DNA of 64,000 bases from Ylistrum balloti (lineage: Eukaryota). Positions 13,423 to 28,400 of this stretch are shown here, in pieces (within the stretch, counting starts at the first letter, position 1; the number at the start of each line of letters is the position of its first letter). The stretch is taken from positions 310,001-374,000 of the forward strand of contig NW_026782413.1 of NCBI RefSeq assembly GCF_031769215.1, given 5' to 3'. Below the pieces are notes generated by a model. That model was given only the letters and a program-made list of their open reading frames with translations. It did not search any database and was not told the origin of the DNA. The position numbers were made by a program, and so were the translations under genes.

Positions 13423-16400
13423 ATGTATTCAAGAAATAGAAGGCATCGTTCATCCCCTCGCAGTTTACACCTGTCTTCTGATAACATAAATACCACAGGT
13501 AAACATGTTGACACCATTCCACGTGATATTTATCTTGATCTGGTATCATCGTCCAGACTTCTAGACGAGCGACTTCGCAGAAGATTCAGTGATCGTCATA
13601 AACATGGTAACGGAGAAGACCTGCCTACCTCAGAGGAGAGTTGCAACAGAGACTTGGGAAATGGATCTAGAGGAGATGGAGAGGTCGAGCGAAGTTCTCG
13701 TAATACAAACAATGTCGAGCCAAGAAGAGTCGACATGGACAGCTACATACCATATGGAGTCAGATCCAGACCTCCAGAGAGAGGCAAATGGCTAGCATAC
13801 GCTAAAAATATTAAACCACGAAAACAGCGGGTAAGAATTCTAGTTCAGATTGTCATTTCACTTCCTTTTTCTGGAAAGAGAAAGTAACAATATGGGAGGG
13901 ATCTATTACTTAACCTTTCTGTTGGTTGGTTGAAGATGGATTGCATACATGTGGAATGTATATAGACGGAAAATATCTCACAGGTCAAATTATTTATGTG
14001 TATCATGACTTGATCTATTTATTGATCAAATAAAGACAGAACACATACAAATGTGCTGTAACAAACTCTATTCAGTATAACATTCTCTATGTACATAATG
14101 GCAGGTTCTCTATGTAGCTGCCAGCTTAGTGGCAGGTTCTCTTTGTACAGACCAGCATAATAGCAGGTTCTCTATTTAGATGCCAGCATAGTGGCAGGTT
14201 CTCTATTTAGATGCCAGCATAGTGGCAGGTTCTCTATGTAGATGCCATCATAGTGGCAGGTTCTCTTTGTACAGGTCAGCATAGTGGCAGGTTCTCTATG
14301 TAGATGCCAGCATACTGGCAGGTTCTCTATGTAGATGCCATCATAGTGGCAGGTTCTCTTTGTACAGGTCAGCATAGTGGCAGGTTCTCTATGTAGATGC
14401 CAGCATAGTGGCAGGTTCTCTTTGTACAAGCCAGCATAGTGGCAGGTTCTCTATGTACAAGTCAATACAGTGACAGGTTGTTTACGAACAGGTCAGAACA
14501 GTTATGTGTTTTCTATTTACAAGTCAACAATGTGGCAGGTTTTCTATGTACAAATGCAGATCACAACAGTGGCAGGTTCTCTATATATAGGTCACCACAG
14601 TGACACATTCTATATGTAGAGGCCACCACAGTGACACATTTTATATGTACAGGCCACCACAGTGATACATTCTATATGTACAGGCCACCACAGTGACACA
14701 TTCTTTATGTACAGGCCACCACAGTGACACATTCTATATGTACAGGCCACCACAGTGATACATTCTATATGTACAGGCCACCACAGTGATACATTCTATA
14801 TGTACAGGCCACCACAGTGACACATTCTATATGTACAGGCCACCACAGTGACAGGTTCTCTATAAATAGGTCACTACAGTGACAAGTTTTCTATATATAG
14901 GTCACCACAGTGACAGGTTCTCTATAAATAGGTCACCACAGTGATACATTCTATATGTACAGGCCACCACAGTGACACATTCTATATGTACAGGCCACCA
15001 CAGTGACACATTCTATATGTACAGGTCACCACAGTGACAAGTTTTCTATATATAGGTCACCACAGTGAGAAGGTTTGTATGTACAAATAACCAAAGTGGC
15101 ATGTTCTCTATGTACAGGTCATAACTGTGGGAGATAACATTATACGGATCATAGCAATGTACAGGTTCTCTATGTACAGGTTACCCTAATATGTAATGAT
15201 TTATTTACACAAGTTAAAGAAAAGCACATCAAATCAATGTCAACCAAAGAAAATAGTTCAATTTTTTTACAAACCTTATTTGGGAGTATTATTCTTGAAC
15301 TCAACCAGCTAGAGAAGATTGCAAATATAAATTGCTGTATATATTCAGTCATTAACTAGTTGTAACATAAATAATTGACCTGAATTCTATAGCTTTCACC
15401 ACCTGATTTTACACTTAATGTTGCTGAATATCACTTATATTACATGATATTGAAATTGTTGTAAATATTGATAGAGAAGTAATGTATCCTTTTAACTAGA
15501 TATGATGGCGGCATGGTTTGTGACCTTAGTAAGTAGATGTGATATGACCTTGTTTGACTTTTGTAAGTAAATGTGCTATGACATTGTTTGACCTTTCAAT
15601 TACCTAGAATGTGACCTTGAGTAATCTTTTTGGTTCGTTGTTAATGACCTTGTATTACCTTTGCAATTAGATGTGGTGTGACTTTGTATGACCTTTGTTA
15701 TGAGATGTGATGTGACATTGTTTGACCTTTGTAATAAGATGTGTGATCTTGTGTAACATTTGTGATTTGATGTGATGTTACTTGTGTTCCCTTAGTAATT
15801 AGATGCAATGTGACCTTTTATGAGTTTTCATAATTAGATGTGATATGACCTCTTATGACATTTTATAATTAGATATGACTTGACTTATGTGACTGTAAGT
15901 TTTGTAATTAGATGTTGTGTGACCTTAGTAATTAGATGTTGTGTGACCTTAGTAATTAGATGTTGTGTGACCTTAGTAATTAGATGTGATGTGACCTTGT
16001 GTGACCTTTTTACATGTAATTAGTTGTTGTATGGTCTTGTCTAACCTTTGTAATTAGAAATGATCTTGAACAATCTTTGTAGATATTATAGCATTGTTAC
16101 CATAAGCTGTTGGTTCTTGATTTAGCAAATATAATGATAATATTATAGAAATTAACTTTTAGACTGCTTTGATTTTCAGTATTTTTTCCTCACTTTTTTC
16201 TGACTTGTCTGCTGAAATGCTGTAATAGTGGACATCAAACCCATTTGATAAATAAATTAAAAGTATTATTTCATCACTATAAGAATGAAGAGCACATGTT
16301 AATGAATTACATCCAATTATAGAATTGATGTAGATTGAAAATACTGAATAATTAATAATGGTGTTATTAAAAATAAATATAATGTAAAAGATTTATTTAA

Positions 16401-19400
16401 TCAAATTTTATTTATTCTGCAACAATTGTGAACCAAGTTTTGCAACTAATATCGATCACTCTTGTTGGCCCAGATTGAAACCCACATTGGGTCTAACCCT
16501 GGACATCTAGGTGAAAGACAAGTGCATTATCACTGCACTACCTGACCACCCTGATTTGTCATCGTTGCTATTTATAAATTATACTATAGATCACTTATAT
16601 TTCACATGTGATTTATTTTATCCATTAGAACAGGAGGAGAGTCAATCACAAATTAAACATCCTTTGTTATTGTTTGTATAGAAATAATTCTTGATGACAT
16701 CCACGCTGATTCGGTTACCAATATCGGAGTTCATATATCCAATAGTCCATCATTTGCAAATTCAAAGTAATTTCTAGAACACCATTCACGAAATCAAGTA
16801 TTTGCAAATATGTCTGAAGAGGGAAGGTTGCAAAATAAAATATTCGCGAAATTGAAGTGATTTACAGTAGTCACACACAGCAACTGGTCATAAAAGTGTT
16901 ATCTGTAATTAAGATAGATTTCACCTCTTTTACACTGTATTGAAGAACTGTATATTTGGTAAAGGCTATTATGATGTCTTTATTTACTTACCAAGTAGAT
17001 ATGTGAAAGTCAAGATAGAGATTGAAAATTAGATGTCTTTATATTTTTTTTTTAATTATTTGTTTCGGTTGATCACAGAATAAATTCGTGGTTAGATGAC
17101 TGATGAGGATTTTTCCAGGGATCAGCTGATGTACGGGATAATGTGATCAATCAAGATAATTTCATTTTACATTTCAGGAGGGATCTAACCTGTCACAGAG
17201 CATGGAGAACATCGACATCTGTACCAAGTATCCAAGATTACAGAATTCTAATTTTTATCAAAATCTCCATAAGAAATATCCTCAGGCTTTTCAACGTCGA
17301 CTTATGTCTGAGACCAAGGCACGCAGACCTCGGCGATTATTCAACTCAGGTTTACCAGTGGAGTTTCATGGTGATATTTATGACTCTGATGACACCAGAA
17401 GTGTATGTTCTGAAAGACCCATGTCTAGCTTAGAGCATGATTTAAGAGGATTTCTGAGCTATGGTGATCTTCAGCAAGACCGTGATTGTAGAACCAGTCC
17501 AACTCCATCCATGATGTCAGACCTCACAGTGAAGGAACGCCTGAATGCAACATCTGACAGATTGTATCACCTCTTATATAATGGACTTCCTCAAAGTCAT
17601 TACAGAAGCAGCTATGATCCCGGACTAACTCCAAGGTCAGAGGTAACTCCAAGGGCACGAATGTCCAGGACCAGCAGTGTGTCTTCAGATATGCATGGTT
17701 TTGATGACCTTGACAACTTGTCTTCCCCACGACACTTGGACCCATACCACAGGATACTGGACTCCAATGATCTGTCACAGGAGGAACAAATACGCTCCCT
17801 TCAGCAACAACTGGAACACAAGGACAGACAACTAAGGACATACAGACAAAAACTTAACCTTGAAACAGCAGGTATGCATAACACTGGCTCCAAACATCCT
17901 GAGAACCTTGAGTCATCCTACCCACGGGTAATCAGTCCAGACTCACCTTCCGATAGTGCTATTGATGTAGAATCTTCATCAGCACAGTCTGTGGTCTCCA
18001 TGGATACCAGGTACCACCACAACACGGACAATTCTTCAACAGATGTCAAATACTCAAATGGATCTGATAAATTACACATAAATGGAAATCTGCCAAATAC
18101 TGGTGCTAATTACTTTGCAAATGACTTGGATAGCTTTACTTTCACTGATGTCATACAGGAAGTAGACGAGGATGATCTTACCTCTGATGTTAACTGTACA
18201 CTGTCCTCAAACAAGGGTGGCATAGTGTCCTCAAACAATGTTGGCAATGTGTCCTCAAACAATGATGGCAATGTGTCCTCAAACAAAGATGGCACAGTGT
18301 CCTCAAACACATGTGGCACAGTGTCCTCAAACAATGATGGCATGGTGTCCGCAAACAAATGTGGCACAGTGTCCTCAGACAAGGATAGCAGACTGACCCC
18401 AAACAAAGGTTGGTATAGAATGTTTAATGTTTAGAAAGCATAGGAACTTTTGTTTGCTTGTGCCATTAATAATGTGTCAATGGATAAAGTCAAGGTTTAG
18501 ATCTTTTAAAGTGCTGTGATATTATCGTGTCACGGTATTACCACACACAAACTTATTGACTGCTACCACAGACTCATTGACTACTTCAACATACAAACTT
18601 ATTGGCTGCTTCCACACACACCTTTTTACTACTATCCTTCACACGATTATTGACTTCTGCCACACAAACTTAATGACTTCTACCACACAGACTTATTGAC
18701 TTCTACCACACAGACTTATTGACTTCTACCACACAGACTTATTGACTTCTACCACACATACTCTTTGACTACTTCAACACACAAACTTATTGGCTGCTTC
18801 CACACACACGTTTTTACTACTATCATTCACACAATTATTGACTTCTACCACACAAACTTATTGACTTCTACCACACAGACTTATTGACTTCTACCACACA
18901 GACTTATTGACTTCTACCACACAAACTTATTGACTTCTACCACACAGACTTATTGACTTCTACCGCACAGACTTATTGACTTCTACCACACAGACTCATT
19001 GACTACTTCAACACACAAACTTATTGGCTGCTTCCACACACACGTTTTTACTACTATCATTCACACAATTATTGACTTCTACCACACAGACATATTGACT
19101 TCTACCACACAGACTTATTGACTTCTACCATACAAACTTATTGACTTCTACCACACAGACTTATTGACTTCTACCATACAAACTTATTGACTTCTACCAC
19201 ACAGACGTATTGACTTCTACTACACAGACTCATTGACTACTTCAACACACAAACTTATTGACTTCTACCACACAGACTTATTGACTACTAGCACACAGAC
19301 AGAATTATTGACTACTACCACACAGAATTATTGACTTCTACCACACAGACTTATTGACTACTACCATACAGACATAATGACTTCTACCACACAGAATTAT

Positions 19401-22400
19401 TGACTTCTACCACACAGACTTATTGACTTCTACCACACAGACTTATTGACTTCTACCACACAGACTTATTGACTACTATCACACAGACTTATTGACTTCT
19501 ACCACACAGACTCATTGACTTCTAACACAAACTAGTGTGTCTTTATTGTATTGACTGCATCACACACAGACCCCATTATAATAATTGTAATATGTAAGAA
19601 ATAAACAAGAAAAGACAAATATTCAGTATTTTTGTTCATGATTAACATTCCTAATTGGAATATTGATCACACTTTAATATCAGATAAGCATATCAGAGCA
19701 TGTCTGTTTTCCATCATACCCAAGGAGATGACAGGTGAATTATATCAAGCTAAAATTTTAGGGGAGGGAGGGATAATGAATGGTTGGAGATTCTTTTCCA
19801 CTGTATATATTGTTTACTGAGAAGAAAAACCCCTGCCAGTGTATTGTATCCAGTGGACAAAAGTCAGACCTTATGAATGATTTACAATGTCAATTTTACA
19901 CACCATAAAGGTAAATATGGTTGGCCTAGGTTTGTCCTGGCTATCACACCCTGGTCAACAAAACTGTCCTAATATGTTATCAAAATATATTTATTCACCT
20001 AAGTCAACACACTCTGAATTCTGGGGACTTAACAGGGTGGTCAAAGTAATATTGTTAAATTACGTTGTGTCCAAATAGTTATGTGTAAGACACTTGATCA
20101 GAAATATAACAGAGTAAGTCAATATTGGATTGATGTGTCATATCAGTGGTGATATGATTCACAGGAATATTTCAAAAATGTTGATACTAGCTCCGAATTC
20201 AGTTTGAGATTATTTGTATGCTTATTAAACGAACAATTAACCTGTTGAATATGACTTTTTAAAATGAAAATTTCAGTTGGAATATTTCAACTGTCAGCTG
20301 TGTATGTAATTATTTACCTGTAGATTCCAATTCACTGTAATGTCATATTCATACCATATACCAGTAGTCACTCGGCACGTCCAGACATGATACATTAGAA
20401 GACTCTATAAGGCCAAAAAGAAAAGAAAATTTGTGTTTCTTGTTTCTGGTCCGTCCCTGTTCTTTGCTACCAACCTTTTTTCAACATTTTGGCAAAAATT
20501 TGATCCAGAAATGATTTTGCTTCGGGTTTTTTTTCCTGGTGATCCCTAACAGCACTGGCACTGGAGGTGAATTCAATTCAGATGCTTGACATATACCGGT
20601 ATTTATACAGACTGATCTTTCTGGGCATATAACAGTTACCTTGCCATTATTGGTCTTAGTTGTTTTAGCCATGAAATTTATATAATCCATAACTTCATTA
20701 GCGTTCATAAAAAGCAACTGTGAGATCAGATACATTTCTTAACCATCTCTACTGAATGTTATAACTCTGTATTGCTTTGACAGATGTTGACCAAACTTTT
20801 TTCCATTTTTTAAAATTTATTTTCTTTGTATAACCCCCACCTCCAAACAAGTTGGGGTTGGTATATAGGAATCACCTTGTTTGTCAGTCCATCTGCTAAG
20901 ACCCTTTTAAAGACAATTCCTTCTATACTGTTCAATGGAACTCCATTGAAAACTTAGCACTTGATAATACAGAAAAGACTCACTTTCGAAAATAAAACAT
21001 CATCACAGATTGTGATATTCAGCATGGTAAATATTTCATAATACACACAGGCAATGCTTATACATACCTGACTCATAAGTATGAACCCGAATCCATATAA
21101 AGTAATTCAGAGTCGGAGCCAAAAGTAACTATTATCCATGCTACCCATGGTCTCCATTTTTTCTGGGCAGAAACAGGAAACACAGATTTTTTTTTGTGTG
21201 GCCTGATGTCTGAATCTATCTATAGATACAACACTTCATCAGAAGTCTTTATAATATCTATATCTATATAGATCTATATCAATCCATCAGGTGCTTATAA
21301 CATCTGTATAGAGGTCGATATAACAACCACAGGAAGTCCTTAATATACCTTTTCCGTGGCATGAAAAATAAAACTCTTATTAAATACCCTTAGTTTTACA
21401 GTAATATTCTTAATGAAGAGTAAAAACAAATGGAATTTATGTCATTTTAAAATTTGACATATATTTAGGTAACATTATAAATGTCTGACAGAATTGGCAA
21501 GACTGAGCGTGCTTTAATGGTATTCATTAATCTCTATGTGTTCAAATTTAAATCACCAAACTAGAATTCAAGATCATTACCCTATAAACATTTAAATGTC
21601 TGAACAGTATCCATAATGTGTTTACAGAGAAAAAAAAGCAGGTGCTTGGGACAAAAGACTTTTTTGACTGACACCTGACCATATTTTAGGATGGAATTTT
21701 TTAAACATTTTTATCCGCTTGAATGATTTAACTTTGATATACTTCGGTACTGTCGGCCATGTCTCTCCTATAATTACCAGTGTTAATGTACATACAAAGA
21801 CAGTGGAAAAACCTTGACAAGACTGAGCGATCACTTCATAACAGTTGGAAATGATACTATTTGAATAGTAAACTAGTGTGTGGACTGGCTAACCTGACGG
21901 ACATGTTTACACCTGTAAAGTCCACCTCCAGTCCATATGTAAATTCTTCATCTACAACTCTATTGAAGGGACTAATTACTTTGTCATCAATTTCTCTAGG
22001 GAATATCTCATCCTTACCAACAATTCTTGAATCTCTGCATTTAAATACCTTTTTTGGGCAGCAGGGTATTAAGCCCTGAAACTAAGTCACCAGAGTTATG
22101 CCTCCTAGCCCCCCTCCCCACACACACACACACACACACCCACAACCCTCTACAATCTAAATTTGTCATATACTATTGACATGGTATTTTGTATTTACAT
22201 TTAGTCTAGTAAACTACAATAACAGTTTAAATTACTCTGTTTTAACAATTCCCAGGTATACTGTACAGTGATAACTCCCTACTCAATACTCCATAGAATC
22301 AGAGAGAGAAACCCTGATAACTCCCTACTCAATACTCCATAGAATCAGAGAGAGAAACCCTGATAACTCTCTACTCAATACTCCATAGAATCAGAGAGAG

Positions 22401-25400
22401 AAATCTGATGGCAGATATACCTTTATAATAATAACAAATGTTACTAGTTATGGTTAATGTTATTATGTTTCAGACAATGGAGAAAGTTATAGTTTGGCCG
22501 AGGAGGGAGAACCAAACAAAGAATTGATATCTAGGTAGGTCACAAATTACTTCATAAAACATTACATATGTAGATACAAGTATGTGTGTATATATGGGTA
22601 CAGATACAGTGTATATATGGGTACAGATACTGGTATATATGGGTACAGATTCTGGTATATATGGGTACAGATTCTGGTATATATGGGTACAGATTCTGTT
22701 AAACATGGGTACAGATACTGTGTATATATGGGTACAGATACTGTGTATATATGGGTACAGATACTGTGTATATATGGGTACAGATACAGTGTATATATGG
22801 GTACAGATACTGTGTATATATGGGTACAGATACTGTGTATATATGGGTACAGATTCTGGTATATATGGGTACAGATTCTGTTAAATATGGGTACAGATAC
22901 TGTGTATATATGGGTACAGATACTGTGTATATATGGGTACAGATACTGTGTATATATGGGTACAGATACTGTGTATATATGGGTACAGATACTGTGTATA
23001 TATGGGTACAGATACTGTGTATATATGGGTACAGATACTGTATATATGGGTACAGATACTGTGTATATATGGGTACAGATACTGTGTATATATGGGTACA
23101 GATACTGGTGTATATATGGGTACAGATACTGTATATATGGGTACAGATACTGGTGTATATATGGGTACAGATACTGGTGTATATATGGGTACAGATACTG
23201 TGTATATATGGGTACAGATACTGGTGTATATATGGGTACAGATACTGTGTATATATGGGTACAGATACTGTGTATATATGGGTACAGATACTGTATATAT
23301 GGGTACAGATACTGTGTATATATGGGTACAGATACTGTGTATATATGGGTACAGATACTGTGTATATATGGGTACAGATACTGGTGTATATATGGTACAG
23401 ATACTGTACAGATACTGGTGTATATATGGGTACAGATACTGTGTATATATGGGTACAGATACTGGTGTATATATGGGTACAGATACTGTATATATGGGTA
23501 CAGATACTGGTGTATATATGGGTACAGATGCTGTGTATATATGGGTACAGATACTGGTGTATATATGGGTACAGATGCTGTGTATATATGGGTACAGATA
23601 CTGTGTACATATGGGTACAGATACTGGTGTATATATGGGTACAGATACTGTGTATATATGGGTACAGATACTGTGTACATATGGGTACAGATACTGTGTA
23701 CATATGGGTACAGATACTGGTGTATATATGGGTACAGATACTGTGTATATATGGGTACAGATACTGGTATATATATGGTTACATAAACTTGTGCAAACAC
23801 ATTGGATATGTGCAACATGTATATATGGATGTTATTTTTTATGTAAATATAGCTGTTATTGTCTTAATTTTTCATGTCCTGCAGTCCCCCAGAAGTTGAT
23901 GTGATGATGCATGAGATAGTGCAACAGACGATGTCCAAAATGCCTTCCAGTGACCTTAAAGTGTCGGACAATGACCTTCAGATCACAGCTGGCAATGATC
24001 TTCAAATCTCACTTGGCAATGACCTTAAAATTTCACCTGGAAACAACATCCTTCAAAGTTCATTTGTGAATTCTTCCATAGAAAGTGACCTTCAGATACA
24101 AGCTGAAAGGCACAATAGTCTTAACGAGGAAATAGATGACTCAGATCCACGTCTTGGTATTCCAGAAGTGAAAACTGATAATGAAAACGTGATACAAGAA
24201 CGCTACTATGAAAAATGCAAAAAAATTAAGTATCGAACTAAACGGCGTTGTTTCACCCCTCGTGAAAAACCTGGAAGTACCTGTAGAAACAGAACCCGAA
24301 GTGAGGACCAAGTGTCTGTCTTGTGTTCACCAAGATTTGAGAGTAATTCATTGACCAGCAATGATATACTTCAGAAATCTGATGTGCATCGCTCAAACCA
24401 CAGTTTAAATGTGGTCCCTGAAAGACTGGATTTACGATCTCGTAGACTAGCATCTGAATCAGACATTACAAATGTTAGCTTAGATAACACTGGAATCTTT
24501 TTCTCAAAGTCTTCAAATCCTGGATCCATAGGGTCCTTTCAGTCAGATTTGTCAACAAACACTCTAGTGGCGTCACAGCAGACACTGACTGAGGACGATC
24601 TCACAGAGTCCTACCCTAAAGTAACTTTACATTCTCATTCACCCAGGAAGAAAATTCGCTTTAAGAATATTTTTAAGTTTAAAAAGGGTCATTATAATCC
24701 ATCTAAGGTAGAAGCCAATTTGCCAGTGGATTTAGAGGCCATGTTAAAACATTCATCTGTGTCAGATTCACCATGTAACCAGGAAGAACATCAAAATTTC
24801 TACTCTGTGCAATATAAGAAGTCAAAACATCACAGTCATTATGCTGGAGAGGGAGAATCAAATGTTGGTGAAAGTCCTCAAAGTGATAACCGGGGAAATC
24901 TAACTGAAGAGGATCTCTCTGATGTCAGGGAGCATCTTTTTGATGTTAATGTTCATTCCCATCCTGTGAATGATACAAATGACTATTTAAATGGTCAAAC
25001 AGTACTTGGACCACCTCCTTCCTATAGTGAACATCTGGAAGACAGTCAGCGGAAGACCGCTTATGAAGTTGCCCTGGTCAGTCTTGACCAAAATGGATTG
25101 GATATTGATGAGTTGATTGAGAGTGACTCAGACAGTGTATTTTCAGCCAAACCTGTAGTTATAGATTCACAGCAGAGAAAACAAAGTAGCGGGTCTGAAG
25201 TTCAGGAAACTGATGAGGAAGGCACAAGGAAGGTAGGTCAGATGTCCATAGAAGAAGCAGAGAAACGTAGAAGTGTCTCAGTAGATTCTGAGGATGAGGT
25301 ATTTACGCAAAATGTCATGACGACTGCAGAAAGAACACCTGTACCTAACCACGTCAGACTGGCTAATCTCAGCCTGAACATGGAGAAAACAGAGTCAGAA

Positions 25401-28400
25401 TTGGTTGATAAAAGTGATGTTAATGAAACAGTACATTCTGAGGAAATTAACAATTTTGCTGTTGATAAAGCCCGGGATATGGATGAGGACAGTGAGGGGG
25501 ATACAACTGAAGACAGTGACAATCTAGACATAGAACCTATAGTCATTGGTGAAGTTGATGTAGTGTCTCCTGTTAATGATGATATGGATATCTCTCAAAG
25601 TAAGAACAAAGCAGCAGCAAGTACTATGCAAAGCAACAACACACAAGAAACAGTCCATAGAATCCAGGGGCCAGAACAAGGAGACCAGATACCAGAACCA
25701 GGCATCAGTACAGAAAACAACGGGAGTGAAGTCCACGGAATCCAGGGGCCAGAACAAGGAGACCAGATACCAGAACCAAACATCAATACAGAAAACAACG
25801 GGAGTGAAATCCATAGAATCCAGGGACCAGAACAAGGAGACCAGATACCAGAACCAGGCATCAGTACAGAAAACAACAGGAGTGAAATCCACAGAATCCA
25901 GGGACCAGAACAAGGAGACCAGATACCAGAACCAGGCATCAGTACAGAAAACAACAGGAGTGAAATCCACAGAATCCAGGGACCAGAACAAGGAGACCAG
26001 GGACTAGTACCAGACATCACCAGAGACAGCAATGACCATGCACCAGTCGAGGGGCCATATGCCACAGTGACTGTACACAGGGACACCAGTGTAAGCTCAG
26101 AGACACAGATTAACTCAGGTGAGTATTCTGAAACATGGTAATACCTGTAAGCAACTTCTTCTATAAAACCAAAAGGCCATGGCAGTGATATCTTTGGCAC
26201 GGTATAATGATAACTTTTAAAACATATTAGCTCACTAGGCTTATAGATTGATATACCTGGTAAACAAAAATTTGATATTACCTACTTTGATTATTACTGA
26301 TTTACCAATAGTATTTTAACATTAAACATTATGAGTAATCATATCAGTATCATATCAGCTTTGAATGCTACCAAGTTTTTCCTATGTCCATTGGTACCAC
26401 TGACATTGTTGATTATATCAATATTTTGTTTGGATACATATCAAATCTATCTTTAGATTCCAACATCTATTCTGAAGTGGAACTCACAGATAAAACACAG
26501 GATTCTGACAGTAACAAAACCAAGGGAGATAATCTGAGAAAACATTTCTCCTTTGTAACAGCAAGTAGCAACATGGATGACAGCATTACTGTGTTGGACC
26601 AAAGTGCACCACCAATACCAAAGAGGGCTTACCAAAGGTAGGTAATTCTGTGTCAAATTTGTCACTCATTCATAAAGAAGAAACACCACGGCAGTCAAAA
26701 ACAGTGTGTTGTTAAGTGTTTCAGTTTGTCAATTGACATATTTTTCTTTCTTGTTTTGATATGTAGTTGTGAATTATTACTGCATTGATGTTTTATGAGA
26801 TGTATCCTGATATAAGCAGTTGACAATACATATAAATTTACAAGCTTCTGTCCTGTTCCTCACCCAGACCTTGTTGTTATGTTACAGGGAGGAAAGCAAC
26901 CTAGTAAGGAGCAAAGAACTGAGTGTGTCTAAGCAGTCACTTACTGATAAGGTCAGGTCGTCTGCAAGGAGCAAGTTCAAGGCCATCCGAAAGGCAGTCA
27001 GTTTAGACAAGGGCCTCAACAAGGCAGGGACAGACAACTCTGATGATATAACAAAGGACAAAAACAAGGAAAAGAAAAAGTCAGGCTTTAAAATGCCTAA
27101 GATCAAGAATCCTCTACATTTTGGAAAGAAGAAATCAAAACCACCAATGGCTCCAGTTTCTAATGTAGGGAAAGAGAGGTACATACACTCACAGCACCCG
27201 TGTGCATTTGTGTTGAATTGGTATGTGTGTTGTAAGTAAGTGTGTATCATGTGTGTAGTTGTGTGTATCTAGCTGGTATATGAGTATATTGTATATGTAT
27301 CCATCTGTGTTGTGTGTATATACATGTTACATGTTTGTACTTGTCAAGATGAGTATACAAAGTTGTGTGTTTGTGTATGTGTTGTGTGATTACATCAAAT
27401 GTTTTGTGTGTATGTAAATGTTAAGTTTGTGTGTTGTGTGTATGTAAATGTTACGTTGATGTGTTGTGTTTATGTAAATGTTAAGTTGATGTGTTGTGTG
27501 TATGTAAATGTTAAGTTGATGTATTGTGTGTATGTAAATGTTAAGTTTGTGTGTTGTGTGTATGTAAATGTTACGTTGATGTGTTGTGTTTATGTAAATG
27601 TTAAGTTGATGTGTTGTGTGTATGTAAATGTTAAGTTGATGTGTTGTGTGTATGTAAATATTAAGTTGATGTGTTGTGTGTATGTAAATGTTAAGTTTGT
27701 GTATCAGTTTTTGTCAGCTGGTTGACAGATGTGTGTTGTGTGTATGTAAATGTTAAGTTGATGTGTTGTGTGTATGTAAATGTTAAGTTGATGTGTTGTG
27801 TGTATGTAAATGTTAAGTTGATGTGTTGTGTGTATGTAAATGTTAAGTTGATGTGTTGTGTGTATGTAAATATTAAGTTGATGTGTTGTGGGTATGTAAA
27901 TGTTGAGTTGATGTGTTGTGTGTATGTAAATGTTAAGTTTGTGTATCAGTTTTTGTCAGCTGGTTGACAGATGTGTGTTGTGTGTATGTAAATGTTAAGT
28001 TGATGTGTTGTGTGTATGTAAATATTAAGTTGATGTGTTGTGTGTATGTAAATGTTACGTTGATGTGTTGTGTGTATGTAAATGTTAAGTTGATGTGTTG
28101 TGTGTATGTAAATGTTAAGTTGATGTGTTGTGTGTATGTAAATGTTAAGTTGATGTGTTGTGTGTATGTGTTAAGTTGATGTGTTGTGTGTATGTAAATG
28201 TTAAGTTGATGTGTTGTGTGTATGTAAATGTTAAGTTGATGTGTTGTGTGTATGTAAATGTTAAGTTGATGTGTTGTGTGTATGTAAATGTTAAGTTGAT
28301 GTGTTGTGTGTATGTAAATGTTAAGTTGATGTGTTGTGTGATGTGTTGTGTTTGTTGTGTGTAAATGTAAATTATGTGTTGTGTGTATGTAAATGTTAAG

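Noticed and set aside
13589-13795. Alternative-frame 68-aa ORF within orphan exon 1
   Set aside because: It ends in a stop before the donor; the overlapping frame from 13423 splices in phase to the next exon.
18540-19535. Regular short direct repeats superficially like a CRISPR array (also at 38590-40070 and 50135-52015)
   Set aside because: Head-to-tail units with no unique spacers, no cas genes and a eukaryotic intron context.
20322-20400. Acceptor tttacctgtag|ATTCC as an extra exon of the orphan gene
   Set aside because: It hits TAA after five codons in the required phase.
22562-23904. Six overlapping 300-420-aa ORFs on both strands
   Set aside because: They are translations of the 23-bp minisatellite, which lacks stops in several frames; the region is an intron of the orphan gene.
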